Positions 24,219 through 37,559 of a DNA stretch of 64,000 nucleotides are shown here, in pieces (position 1 is the stretch's first letter; each line of letters starts with the position of its first letter). The notes under the pieces were generated by a model. The model had not been told where the DNA came from and searched no databases. It worked only from the letters and a program-made list of their open reading frames with translations. The position numbers and the translations under genes are program-made. Origin of the DNA: Takakia lepidozioides (Eukaryota; Plantae; Bryophyta); contig CM060732.1 of the NCBI GenBank assembly GCA_030704615.1, forward strand, positions 24,924,001 through 24,988,000, in the 5' to 3' direction.

Positions 24219-27178
24219 ATAGCGACGAAATAGCCTAGATACTAAGTTGTTGCGCCAAAATAGGGGTCTATTTCTAACACCTATATTTCTGCTTCTGCAA
24301 CGCTAGACTTGATCTCAGCTCCCCACCAAATGGGGACCATCCATTTTCGCCACAAATAGATGCTGAAAGGAAGAGGTCATCCAGGTGGAACCTGCGAAGG
24401 CCACACCAGCTGCTCACACTCCACTTCATTGCCTAGCCATGGGAAAAACCAACAAGTTAGAAAGAACCTGTCCACGACTTCTGGCACTAGCCATCCTCCT
24501 CACCAAACACTACAGGAAAAAGAGGCCTTTGCGATGCCTGGGCCACGCTGCGGCCACGGGAAAACGCCCATTTCGGGCACGGGGCAGGCGCCGTATTTGC
24601 GACGCCCGGCAGTCGCATGGGCGTCGCCAAAAAGACGTCGCAAAAATGTGACGTATGGGGGTCGCGAGCCCCCGCCCCAACTCCCGCGACTGCCGGACGT
24701 CGCTTTTCGGGCCGTCCACGCCGATGGCAGGGGCCTCCTGCGAACGACGACTCGTCGTCGCTACCCTCCAGCCGATGGCATTGGTGGGATGACGGCGCGG
24801 CGTCGCATCCCTTTTTTCTGTAACCTGCCCGGGAGTCCCATCCTAAAACCCAAAAACACGTGGCGTAAGCTGGGTGGTACGCCAAGCAACGCCCGTGCGT
24901 CGCTGCAAGCGATTATTGGGCGTGGCAAAAAAAAAAAAAAAACAGCAGGAACTGGAGTCGGGCTCCGCGACACCCGGGCGTGGGTTTCGGCGACGCTCTG
25001 GCATCGCTTTCTTTATATTCAATCAAAAAATGAAAACACGTGACTCAGGCAAGGTGGTGGGATCCGTGACGCCCGGGCGTCGCGGCTTGCGACCCCCGGA
25101 CCAAAAAAACACGTCGCAGGGGGGTCGGGCGTTGCTGCCCTGTAAAAGGGATTTGCAACGCCCGGCCGTTGCGGCTTGCGACCCCCGCCAAAAAAACACG
25201 TCGCCAATTGCGACACCCTGCAGTCACGAGGCCAACCTGGTGGGGGGGTTGGGGGTTGATTTTGGGAGTGAATTGGGGGTGGTTTTTGTTTTTTGCCTGG
25301 TTTTGTTTTGGGGGACGGGAGACCTTACAGCTTCCATTTCTCTAATTTAGCAGGTACACAATTGAGCAAGCATGAATCGAGGGTGAGGACGGTGCGACAC
25401 GTGAATAAGATGGAAAGATGGAAATATATTTACAAGAAATGAGCTGAAAAGCTCACAAGGGTTCAGTAGGCTGACCCTGGGACCTACATGGACTAGGACT
25501 AGTCATCCTCAGTGGAGGACTCAGAGCTATCCGATGAGCCTGATGACTCCGCGCCCTTTGCCAGAGCACCTAAAGGAGGCGGCGTTCCCCTAAGTCCCAC
25601 AGAGCTCTCATCCAATCCCTGGCCATGACCCCCGCCCTCATCCATACTAGTGCCCTGTAGTGCACTCATCCCCTCCGTGTTGGCCATGTTCTTCATGAGG
25701 GATTGCCAACCATGCTCCTTGGCGTAGTTGTACTCTACCGGAGATGGCTTCCTCTCAAACACACCTTGCTACACATGCCACAAATTAAAGTCAGTTCTTC
25801 ACGATGATAGAGCCAGAAAGAAGATATAACAAAATACATAGGGAAGTATGACTTACAAATCGCAAGATAAAACCCTTGGATCCGCCGGCGCCCCACTTGT
25901 GTGTGGATTTGTGCTTGTCAAGGCGGACGGTTGTTGCTTCGCGTGCCCGCTCAAATTTGGTCTTGTTTGCCACATCATTCTCTCCCGCAATTAGTGCATC
26001 CCACGATACCTATGTACCCCCCCGCAACAATTAGTGAATTATCCACATACGTTGCATTGAATCCACCTCATTAATGCACATGCGACAAATGGAAGGTGAA
26101 ATGATTCAGGATTTGCCAACCTGTGTAATTCCATAAGGTGGTTTGGGTATGGCCCCCTTTTCCATTGCCCTCCGAATGATCTATCTGGTACGGTACCTCC
26201 TGTCCTTCAAGTTTCGCCCCACCATCTCCATCACACTTGTGTCACTCCAATTGCCCAGAAACCAGCGGTCTAACTCACGGGCATACGCCCGCTTCGCGCC
26301 AAAGTGCTAATCAGCCCACTCAATGTGCAAAGGGAACCACCTCATTGCAAGTTCGAAGGTTGGCTTCTTCATAGCCTCTCAGAACGCACCGCAGGGGTCA
26401 CCATGGCGATTCACCTCCACCGGTGGCACCACGATCTTTGCCAACTCCACGTCCTCTATCGCCAAGGATTTGTTCTTCTTCCCACCCTCTCCCTTCTTTG
26501 TAGCCTCCTTCCCCTGCTCTTTTGTTACCCCACTGTCCTCCCCCGCATGTACACTCACCCCTTCCTCTCCATGGGACTTCTTCTTCTTCTTCTTCTTTTC
26601 CTTCCCTTTCTCCATGACCATCTCCTTCCCCTTCCCTGCTACTTCCTCTCTCTCCATCTCCCTCTCCCTTCTTTCTCTCTCATCGGCAACCGCTTCATTG
26701 ATGATAAAAGGGACCTCGGGAGGTCGAGACCTCTTCTTCTTTACCTTTGGTGTTCGGGTCCTTCATGAACACCACGTGCTCTCCCTCATTGGCAACCCCA
26801 CCGGACTGCACCAATGAGGCCAGCCATGTTTTCGCCTCCTGAAGACAAATAACCCCCCCAAATTCAAAAAAAACAAACAACAAAGGAAATCATGCATGTA
26901 AAGGAAAGGACAAAACATGGAACAAGGTGCAACAGTTGTACCTTTGCAAGCTTGTCCGACTCGCCCCCGGTGTCACCCGATGTGGCAGGAGTCCCCGTTG
27001 CCGGATGTGCCCGCGCTATCCCCTCCCGGAGCGCCACTGGAAGTAGATTCCAGATGTGGAGCATAGCCGGCGGCGGCGCCCCGTAGTCCAGGCTCTTCTT
27101 TGCTGACCGCTTAGGCTCAAGGGCGGCGTTGCTGATCGGCTAGGCCGCCCCAAACTGGCCCATACCTCCTCCCTCGCC

Positions 27179-27224
<46 letters not shown>

Positions 27225-27854
27225 ATGCGTAGCAGGGTAGAAGCCCTCACCCAGCTTGACTACTTCGAGGCAATTCGCTATCTCGGCCACTTCATTGGCC
27301 CTCCTCGTCTCCTCCTCCCTCATCAACAACATTGGGCTAGCAACGACCACTTTCAAAAGCCCTTGAACCTAACGTTGGGCCTTGGCAAGTGCAACCTTCG
27401 CTGCGGACCCGGGGTGCACTCCTCATTAAATGTACCAGCCACGTGCGTGCACAGGAGGGGGTATTTTAAACCCCCCCATGTACAACATTATACATACAGA
27501 GGGGGGTTTAAAACACCTTAAATATAATTTTACAGGAGGGGGTTGTTGAGTTTTAAGGGATAGTGTAGTGGTAAGAATGGCGATTTCGCCGCGATGCATC
27601 CCGGGATCAAATCGTGGGATCGTCGTTTTGTTTGTTTTTTTTTTTTTTTCGCTCCACGATCTTTCTCCCCTGATCTCCCGCGGCTTTCTCTTTTCTTTCT
27701 CCTCCTCTCCCGCGTTCGCCTTCCCTTCCGCGGGCTTTCTCTTTTCCCTCCTCTCCTCTCCCCTCATCTCCACAGGGCATGGTAGGACAATGTGGTGAGG
27801 GCACTAGATTCCCAGTCATCAGAGGTAATGAGCACATTAGGCCTATTTCCTTTC

Positions 27855-28601
27855 CTATAAATGATTGGCATGACACATGTTGCTAATGACGCTTCCGTGG
27901 ATTCCAGGGCTGAGCACCTTTTCAGGTCCTGGCCTGGAAATGAAGCCTGCCTGAGGCAAGTTTTTGCAAAAGATGGATTGTTTGCAATACTGGTAAGAAT
28001 TTTGGAGAGTGGACCACCATAGAAGGCATAGCTTTTTGTGCTGATGGAGTTTAGGGTTTGATTTGTGCAGCAGCTCTGCTGCTATCTTTTTTGCCAAGTG
28101 GCTGCCTGCGAGGGGTGGATGCCGCTTCGAGTTGCATAGGGTCCTGATTGCTGATATGGCGTTGGAAGGCACCTCTACTGCTCGCAACTTGCAAGTGATC
28201 ACTGGGGGGAAGAGTTTGGGCCGAAGAACGGAGATCTTGGGATTGAGCACTTGATTGTTGTTGTTACACTGGAGGGAGACCCTGCCATTTGACCCTCTAG
28301 TTTGGCTGCCCAGTGGCAGCTTGGATGCTAGAGAAAGCTTTATCTTTCCTGTTGGGCAATCCACCTTAATGTGGAGCATTTGGCTGCAGTTGAAGCAGAT
28401 TGCTGAAGAGCAGTCTTCGATTAGACGCACTGTGAAAAAATTTCCCTTATTGTCTGTAGGAAGTCTCACATATTCAGGCAGAATGTCCTGAGCTCCACTA
28501 GCTCCGCAATCTATCGACACCTGTTGTCTTTTGGTTTTCCATGAATCGCAGGTGCGCCCAACATCCTTTCTTTTGTGTCCAATGTCCATAGATAAACACA
28601 T
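27855..28601 (-). pseudogene. LINE (L1-type) ORF1-like zinc-knuckle fragment
   Basis: LPEYVRLP...ICFNCSQMLHIKVDCP (CX2CX4HX4C). Confidence 0.55.
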
Positions 28602-29690
28602 ATGGCAGTTTCGCCGCTCCTCCGTATTCTTCTGTCACTGAGTGCAGCAAACGCATTTATAGTTCAATTATAACTGCTGCCCCCCATACATTCTTCCCTT
28701 CACTGCACGTGGTGCTCATGCTTGACGTTTCATGGGTATGTTCTCCAGTGCTCGTCGTGTATGTTCTACTTTCGCCGTTTAGGGTTGCATTTCCGCTTGT
28801 GAGATTTTTCCTTGCTTGCCTTCTCGTTCTTCCCTTGTGTAATTAGGCTCTTCACCAGTCTGAAAATAATACCCTTCTGCCTTCAAATGCACCTTTTCTT
28901 TACATCTTTCAGATCGTGTTTGAACCATGTTGATTCGGGACAGGTCTCTCTCCTCATTCACCATATGTCGCAGCTCCTTGGCAGATATTCCATGCTGCCA
29001 TCATGTTGCTCCACTTACTCGTATCTTTAGTTGTAGTGACAGTTGTTTGGTTCGCCGTTGTGTTTGCAGCCCGAACATCATTCCACACCTGCTCAGCTGC
29101 TCTTCTGCTTACTGGGTACCCCTGTTCCCTTCTTGTGATCTCTAGCATATCCCAATTAGCAGTAAGTGACCTCCTTGTGCCTCCCTTTCTTTTGCACTTG
29201 CACCGTATTACCCTCCTTTCACATACAAGGACTATAGTTTCCTTCCCTTGCTTGTGTAATTGCTGATTTCTTCAAAAGAAAGTTGTTTCATTGCCCCTAA
29301 GCAACTCACTGTATCAGGCCTATTCTCCTCCTTATCATCCCTCGCCTTTTGGAAAATTCCAGCCATAATTGAAGGGCAATTGGTTGTTGTACTTAATTGC
29401 ACGAATGTTCCCCTTTCCATTGGAATGAGCTGCACGTCCTTCCATGCTGACATACCCTTTCTTCTTCCTGCAGGATCCTTTGCCCAACCCTGTTATTGCT
29501 ATCATTTGTGCCATCCTCTTGGCGTTTCCACAGCCTCCCCTCATTGCCAGTGAAGTGTTTCTTTCTCTTCCTTTTGTCTTTAAAGACACTCCAACTCTTA
29601 GCTGCAGTACCCTTCGCTGATTTCGAATTGCCTTTGACCTCATGTATGTTTTCAATCATGTTTGAAGGGTGATCACTTGCTGCCATATGC

Positions 29691-30086
29691 ATGACTGTGT
29701 CCTTGACTGTATTTTTTGTTGATGGGGAGACTGCGATCCAAACTACAAACAGGAAAGGTAGACCAGGGAAAACCTGCAGAGGAGCAACCAAAGGCACTTG
29801 GTATTTGGGCAGGGTTCAAAGAATGCGGAAGAAAATCAATAAGCGGTTTGTAGAATGTAGGGATTCTGTTGATTTATTGGAGCGTCCTTCTCATATGGAG
29901 ATTGGGTTAGCATGGTACCAAAAAATTCGAGGAGGGGTCTATACGTACGATTTGACGGATAACATGATGGTTGATTTGGATTCCATTATCGCGTTAGCAT
30001 GTTTAAAGTACAATGTCAAGTCAAACACATATGTACTTGATGCAAATGACCGAAAAGTCTTTGACAACTTTATCAAAGGCAAATAA
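29691..30086 (+). pseudogene. C-terminal fragment of a TE-borne ORF (unclassified)
   Basis: Protein-like ORF WYLGRVQRMRKK...WYQK...Y.YDLTD ending just before the subterminal repeats. Confidence 0.4.
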
Positions 30087-32144
30087 TTTTTTTAATTAAT
30101 TTGTTATATTTTATTATGTTTTAAATGAATAAATTCGATATAATATAAAAACATACATATACATATTGGAGGGTTATTTTTAATGATGGAAAATGAGAAT
30201 ATACATACAGAAGGGGGTACTTTTTAAAAATTGTAAATTTTTGTATATTTACAGGAGGGGGTTTTATAATCTAAAAATATGTACAGAGGTATAAATTATC
30301 CAAGGACCCGTATACAGGGGGTTTTTTTATTAGGCGACGAACGCACGTGATACGCACAGTTTATAAAGAGTGCACCCCCCAGGGCTGCAGAGGAAGGGTC
30401 GTTATGGGGGTGACATCCAAAAGTTGCCCATACCGGGCCCCCAAACGGGTGATGTGTTTGCCAAGGTACATTTCACCCGTCTTGGTGGCCGAGTGTGCTA
30501 ATTTTTTATTTTTATTTTTTTTTCCCTGATCTCTCCCTCTCTCTCCCTCTGGACACTGGGCTTATGGAATTGTTGTCCCGACTTCCATCCTTGAGGAAAT
30601 TGAAAAAAATTGCAAAATTGGGTTGCAGGGAATTTTGGATGTTCTTTATCCATACATATATATATATTTTTAAATCTATATATTTTTTAGTGAAATATTT
30701 CTTCACTAAAAAACCTATAAAACTCCCGTCAGTTTTTACTTTTTCAATCCAACCTGGATGAAAAATGGACCTCATCTGACATGACCTAAATACAGGACAA
30801 GACAATTTTTTTATATATAAAAAATCCCCCATGTTTTTTCATCTAACCTAGATGAAATACGGAATACATCCGTTGAGTGCAAGACATGATGAAAGCACAA
30901 TGTCTTTCATCTTCCACGAACGAAAAACGGACAACGTCCGTCAAACGGACAGATTGGCGTATGTTTTTCATCCTGAGAAGGATGGATGACGGGCCAGACA
31001 GGGGAAAACCCTGCGCAACCCTAATGTCTTTCTTTTTGAGCTGCGCACGCGATGGCGGCTTGTGAGGAGCGACGGTGCTCGTGCTGCAGATACCTTGAGC
31101 TGCCAATCGTTGAGTGTTTATGGCTCCTGTGAGTGACGCCTGGGCGAGCTCTTTAAGGCGATGGCGGTGGCTTAGAGATGAGGGAAGACTCCCTGTCTCA
31201 GTTGTTTGTTTCTTTTGCTGCACAAGGGAACCGCGGCAGTGATGGCGGAGGCACCACATGCATGCCTATGACATTTCCCTAAGAGCCCTCCTCTGGACCT
31301 TTGATGAATGGCGGCACAAGGAAATCTCTCTCCCTCCCTTTATAAACCCTACCTTTTGAGACCAAGCTTGTTTTCTTATGCTTGGCAAGACCTAGCTTTG
31401 GTTAAGGTAGCAGTGCGGTGGTGCTGGCGGAGTCCTCCCTGCACGGTTAGGCTTGTGGAGAGATGACGACTCTCCCCCAAACAGTAAAAACATTCTTTTT
31501 CTGTTGATTTTGCTTCCTTGTTTCCTTTGGCATTCTCTGCGCTTAGATTGAAGTGGATTTGACCTCGATAGCAAGTGTGGAAGCCTGCTACTCACCTCGT
31601 GCATCCTCACTAACTCACAATGCGTTGTGGTTGTTTTTGGGACGGGCACAGGTGAGGGCTTCCACTTAATATTCTGATGTCTAGGTGCTGCTGGATGCCA
31701 AGTGGGATTGCAGAGCAGGGGAAGGAATCGTTTGCCAGGGACTCATCCTAAAATGTTGAAAAACTAAACTACTCTATGGTTTTTCTTGATTATGTCTCTT
31801 TCCTTCCTTGATTTTTGAAGAACAAGTGTAATGCTTTCTACGATGGGCTAGTTCGGCCCAGCCAGTGGAAAACCTCTGTTATGATGTGACAGCCGGGTTT
31901 ATGATGGCTTGTGTGAGAGACACACATCTGTTTTACAGGCCCTAGGTTGCTTTGCTTACCTTATGGTAGTTGGAAACAAATTGAGAGGCTGCAAGAACTG
32001 TTTGCTGCAGCTACTCGGGTACCTCTGTTGGTAAAAGGCCCCTGTTATGTTCCAACCCAGATAGCTTTGTTAGCTAGATGCTTAGGCCAGGGTATGGTGA
32101 AGTTTCTACTTGTGGCTATTTCGGCTGACACTAAAATATGGCAG

Positions 32145-32870
32145 TAATATAAATGGTAACTGGTTTTTGAGGCAGCCAGGGTGGTCAAGTGGAAATACCC
32201 CCTGGACATGGTGTAATGACATGGTCAAATGTGGTATGATGTGAAGGGTGTACTGACAGTACCATATACTGTCACATGATGTGTATGCAGTCCTTTATAT
32301 TTACCTTGCTTTGTCATGAGCTTTGATTTTCAGCTGTAGCAAGAAATAAAGGTATAGGGGTGTTATGGAAAACTTACCAGACATATCCACATCCCCTGTG
32401 GGGGCAAGCTGTACTGCACACTAGTCTAAACAAATACTGGCAAGGCAAGGTATTTAAATCTGTGATATCCAAGTGTTCCTTTCTTTATTAAGAAAACCCT
32501 CCATGATACCCATGGGGTTTTAATAAGTATGCTTGGATTACAGCTTGCAGACAGTAAATCTGTATGACTATGTGACCTGCACCACATCAAGGCCAAAATA
32601 TGGCCAAGTACCCGCCATCCCACCCAGACCTATATAAGTGTATCATGATCTTGACTGGTGGTCAATCAGCATCAGTAGCATACTCTCTGGATTATGAATC
32701 ATACTGACATGAACACATTACTGCGCATGGATGTGATTCTGGATTTTCTAAGCTTGATGGTTGATGGATGGTGCCACTGTTAAGTGGCTGATATGTCTAT
32801 TTATTCTTTCATGACAACGACCCTAGGGGTCCTGTCTTTGTCTTGACATGACAAAAAGTATCTTCCCTCT
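32145..32870. repeat. Duplicated segment, paralogous to 42843-43045 plus 52094-52630; the empty site of the MULE
   Basis: Continuous alignment by eye; a single AGCAAGAAA at 32338-32346. Confidence 0.92.
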
Positions 32871-35815
32871 CTCTCTCTCTCTCTCTCCTCTCTTTTGTGC
32901 TGCTTATAAAAAAAAACAAACCACAGAAGAAGAGAGGGGGTAGAAAAAGTTAAAAAGAGAGAGGGAGAGAGTGGGAAGATATTCATGTCATGTCAAGACA
33001 TGGACAAGACCCTACTAGGGTTATTGTCAATTAAAGACATAAACAGCCCATAAACAGGGCACCATCTAACACTTCCATTCTAGTCATGACTTCCCAATTG
33101 ATTTCACCCAATCATTCATGATAAAAAGTGTGCTTGTATACTTCACTTCTCCTTTGCTTTGCTGGAGGCGGCTTGCTGGTGGTGATGGCACACAGTTCTC
33201 TTCCCCAATCGCTCAAGGTGCTTTTGGTGATTAGGGTTCCTTTTGCTTTATGTCTTCCTCTCTTGCTTTTGAGGTTCTTAGTTGATATCGATGACAAGTG
33301 TAGGGGTCTGCGATTCACCTAGGGTTCCACAATCCTCACTAATCTGTTGGTTTTTGTGGGGGCTTGTGATGGGACCAGGTGAGGATCCCTACTTGCTTTG
33401 AATTCTCTTGAGCTTGCAGATACGGATGTGGGCAAAGGGAACCTCTTGTGTATGGCGTCTTGACTTGGCTGCTGCCTGCAGCCCCGATTTCAGCCCGCTT
33501 GCTCCTGGTTTGGCATGCTGATGCTTACTTTTGACTTATGTTTTGCTGCCTTTGATGGGGCATTTCGGCCGGGTAGGCTTGTCTCTTGAAGCCCAGCATT
33601 TGGACCTTACCTTGTCTTTTAATCTTTGATAGTGGTGCCTGTGGATTATTAAGCTAGGTACTGTTTTGGCCTTAAAGAGGAGTTGAGTTTTATGGGTAAG
33701 GCCTCAGTGGCTGTTAGGTTCTAAGGAAGAAGAGGCCCTGATTTTTAAGATGGCAGCCTGATAAGGCACTCACATGTCTCTTTCAGGTCTGAATCTAGTG
33801 TGGAATGGAGCATAGTGAGGTTTATTTGCAAACCATGGCATAAGCCTCTTGGAAAACAGTGTTGGTAAACTCTACTGGACCTTTGCTAGAGATTGTTAGC
33901 CTTGTCTTGCCATCAGGCCAATTACCTGTAATGTATGGATTATTTTCTGGCCAAGAGGGCCTAGTCTCGGGCACTCAAGATGTTTGTGTGTCCATGTCTT
34001 GAATCTGTAATATGGCAGGCCGTTCTTCCATGCCCAAGATGCCTTACATGATGCATGTCTTGGGGCAATTATGAATGGTATAGAATGAGGCTGCAATCTG
34101 TCTTGTCACGCCCAAGAGGGTTACTTGGTTGCATGCTTGGAATTTGCCCAAACTGCAGGCTAGTCCATCAAGATGCTTATGTGTATATATCTTGAATCTG
34201 TAATATGGCAGGTTGTTCTTACTTGCCCAAGATGCCTTGCATGAAATATTGCTAGGTTGAAGAAGGGAGAGAGAGATACTTCCCAACCACTACAACAGAT
34301 CGTGGTATATATTGTATATATGGCTATCCCGTAGTCATAAACGGTACATATGACTGCACTGACTGCAAGTTGTGCAAACCAAGTGAATACAATGAGTACA
34401 TGATGGTCGATCATGGATGACTGCAATTAGATGATACCAAGTGATACATCTCATTTGGCAGTCCTATGTACTTCTACCATACATGACTTAGTGTGCTGCT
34501 GCAAATTGTACACGTGTCTCTTTTTAATAAGTCAGAAGGTTTTGTGGATGGCGTCTCCAGAAACTACCACGTGGCATATCCATGAGGAGGTCCTGCAGTC
34601 ATTATCCTGACTACAACCATGTTAACATCTGGACACGTGGCACCATATGAGTGGTTTATTTTGAACTTTAAATGTATTTAAAGTCATTCCCACGACTATG
34701 CCTATAGGAGCTCATTGCCAAGTGTTTTCTCAAGGATATGACATGTGTCAATGTATGATGCGATGTTGTGTAGTCATGGTGCCTACTATAGAGTGGTTTG
34801 TTGGGTTGGACGCGTGGTATCAAATTAGTTGTTGAGAATTTGGTTTTTAATATTATTTGGAAAACCATAACACACCATCATTCACAGGAAAGAACAAAGT
34901 GACAAAGTGCAAAGGACATAACAAAGGCACCGAAGGGACTGATTTCAGATGTAAAAAAAGAGATTGTCTTAAACAACTACCAGTCATATTTACAAAATAG
35001 CACTGTTGTCCCAAAATCTGGCTCCTCAAAACAGAGTCTAAGGAGGGCAACATAACATACATGTTGCCCTCATAATCGTTAAATTTCCTGCTTTGGCTCA
35101 CTAGCCATGACAAACAGCCTTATATCAGCCTTGTTATAGCTCCCAAATGTTGATTGTCAAGACGGTTCCCAGGTCACGAATGTGCAGTAACTCCATGCCC
35201 ACTGCATGTACACCACAACCACAAACACATGAGTTCGTGAATCTATCTAGTGAGAGATTGCAGGCCTGCCAAGACCAGCCCATGGACACCAGCAGCGTCA
35301 CTGAAATTAGGACAAGGGAAGAGTGCATAGTTAGTGTGAATTGCCCAGAAAAACCACAGCTATCTTGCAGTGATGTACAGCTTGAACATAACCAAGCTGG
35401 ATGTCAAGGTTCAGAGAGGGAGCAAAAATCGACTCTTAACATGGAAGGTTTTACAAACCAGATAGAAATGACCAAAAATGATAGCTGTGAGATGTCGAGA
35501 GTGGGAATGACAGACCTGGAGTGTGCCAAGACTATCAGGCAATTAAACAGCGAGAGACATCTGACCTGCCAAAACCAACCCACAACCACCAAGATGCTTA
35601 TTGGACATATAGAGGGAATGAAAGAGGGTCTTTGCAGACTCTACAAGAGGATACCACACAAGCATCACAAAGACCAACAAATTGAGCACAACCAGACTGA
35701 AAACCAAGGGTAGGGACTTTGAGGCTGACCAGAAACCAACAATGGACTAAACACTTCCCCATTCAGTACCATACATATTCATACCATGTCAAGGATAGTC
35801 GGCAGAAGTAAAAAC

Positions 35816-37371
35816 CTTGCACTTTTGATGAAGGTCATTTTTGGGGTCAAAAGCTTCAGTCATGCACCATTCGTAGCCAGCAAACAGCTGCCTAGGTTTT
35901 AGCACTCTATATATTTCCTTGTAGCACGCAACCTGTCTCTCCACCACCAAGACCCTGGCAAATTTAAGTTTTTGAATCTTGTAGACGACATGAAGACAGA
36001 ACAAACAAAACTGGAAGCCCATGTACCTAGGAGAAATATGTCATGCCTTGCAGTAGCTCTCTCACAACAATATTACCCCCATCCCATGTGCAAGAAATTG
36101 TTTTACTGCTCTTGACAAGTGAGATTGAGCAGAAGGAGGTACAGAAGTCCCAAGTACCACAAAGATGACCCACATCACTTCATCCCTCAACTTGTGCCAA
36201 ACACTCGGTGGAGAGAAAGACAGAGGACAAAAAATAATTACATCCATTAGAGGGCCAAAGGGCCAAGGAAAAGAAAATAAAGAAGTGAACTTCATAAAGT
36301 GGGGACAAATATACAGATGTGGAAGACTTACAGGGTCAGGGGCATGACAGGTGGCCTCAATCGCATAAACTGCATCATACATGTTGTCAGGGATTGGTAT
36401 ATGCATGACATCTACTTGCATCATCCAAACCAAGTGTGACTGTCTAGGAAAGCTAGTCAAAATGGCGTTCTAAATCTCAACACGGAGGCAAGGAAAAACA
36501 CCATAAATAAGAGAGACATTCACATTTAGCTACTCAGTAGCATTGACCAATACCTGCATCCCACTACCACTGGACCAGTTGCATGGACTGCTCAATTAAC
36601 AATGCTCACCCCATTGTTCTCATCTTGAAGTTTTATTCATCACAACATGATAACCGCTAAATATTTAGTTGAGAGTCAATTGACAAGAACAGAGCAACAA
36701 AACTAGGCTGAAACTTGTTGAAACAGAACTCGGGGTATGTGCTGCTAGCATGCATACTTTAAGGTAGTCGCATGTCTTGTCCAAACCAGCCTTCATGTTT
36801 AACACCTACAGCCACCCACAAAAACACAATGATAGTCAACCAACATTTAGCTGCTTAATGTTCTGAGAACAAATCTCCCAATTTCATGTGAGGTCAGAAG
36901 CATTCGAAGGTTGATCCTTCACTTAAATGGGCAACAATTAAGAACTTACAGTGCCACGGAAAATTTGATAGGCATTGTTTTAAGTCATGTGACCAAAGCG
37001 CCGCTGCAGCATACAGGGCATATTACAATTTTAGCGCCCATTTCAGCCATCCATGCTACGACTTCCAATTGAAGCCCATGGTGTAACTTCTAAATGAATC
37101 ATGGCACTGAGAAGTCCTTTCATCACTGTTGAGCAGACGCTATTGGATTGATAAATGGTATAACTGAAGACAAAAGCCAAGTCAGGTTATGACTCCAAAT
37201 ACCTTATCATTCCAGCAATAATGAGAACAAAATTTACTACAAATAACATGATGTCTTGTTTACATAACGAGACGTGATAACACAAGAGAATGAGAGTTAT
37301 GGAAATGCAGGATACCTGAAGCCAGCAATCTCCCCCAATGGGCCCCCAATGCCATAGCCCACATCCAAAAC
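35816..37371 (-). pseudogene. SMT1: Sterol C24-methyltransferase (SMT1-like) pseudogene; five internal exons only
   Basis: VLDVGYGIGGP, (L)NNAYQI.RG (with stop/frameshift), AGLDKTCDYLK, DAVYAIEATCHAPD, YKEIYRVLKP..FAGYEW; no 5' or 3' exons found. Confidence 0.85.
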
Positions 37372-37559
37372 CTGACACTAGCCAACATCCATCCACAAGG
37401 ACAATCTATTTTTCAATCATCTTGAGAAAGTACTGGTCGCCTAGAACTATAATGTATACTGTCTAGATAAGTGGACACCCACCACACCTTGCTGCCAAAG
37501 TCATAAAGGCAGAATTAGCCCACAGATGCATAATTTGCTTGTCAAGACACAATGAAGTG

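Larger units (their letters stand above)
27411..30378. mobile_element. Nested TIR element carrying a LINE ORF1-like fragment and other ORF remnants
   Basis: TIR GGGGTGCACTC/GAGTGCACCCC; ACAGRRGGGGG subterminal repeats; the flanks rejoin as one reading frame. Confidence 0.7.
24508..30500 (-). mobile_element. CACTA element end with a decayed TnpA/Ptta-like accessory gene (about 25499-27410 plus 30380-30498), split by a nested element
   Basis: CACTACAGGAAAAA at 24508 followed by GCGAC/GTCGC subterminal arrays; spliced ORF with HKWGAGG; the reading frame continues across the 27411-30378 insertion. Confidence 0.7.

Noticed and set aside
27180-27222. Long poly-C tract as a functional element
   Set aside because: Homopolymer in a dead TE ORF; its length may be a sequencing artefact.
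35147-35713. 188-aa ORF with a weak internal repeat
   Set aside because: No recognisable domain or gene structure.
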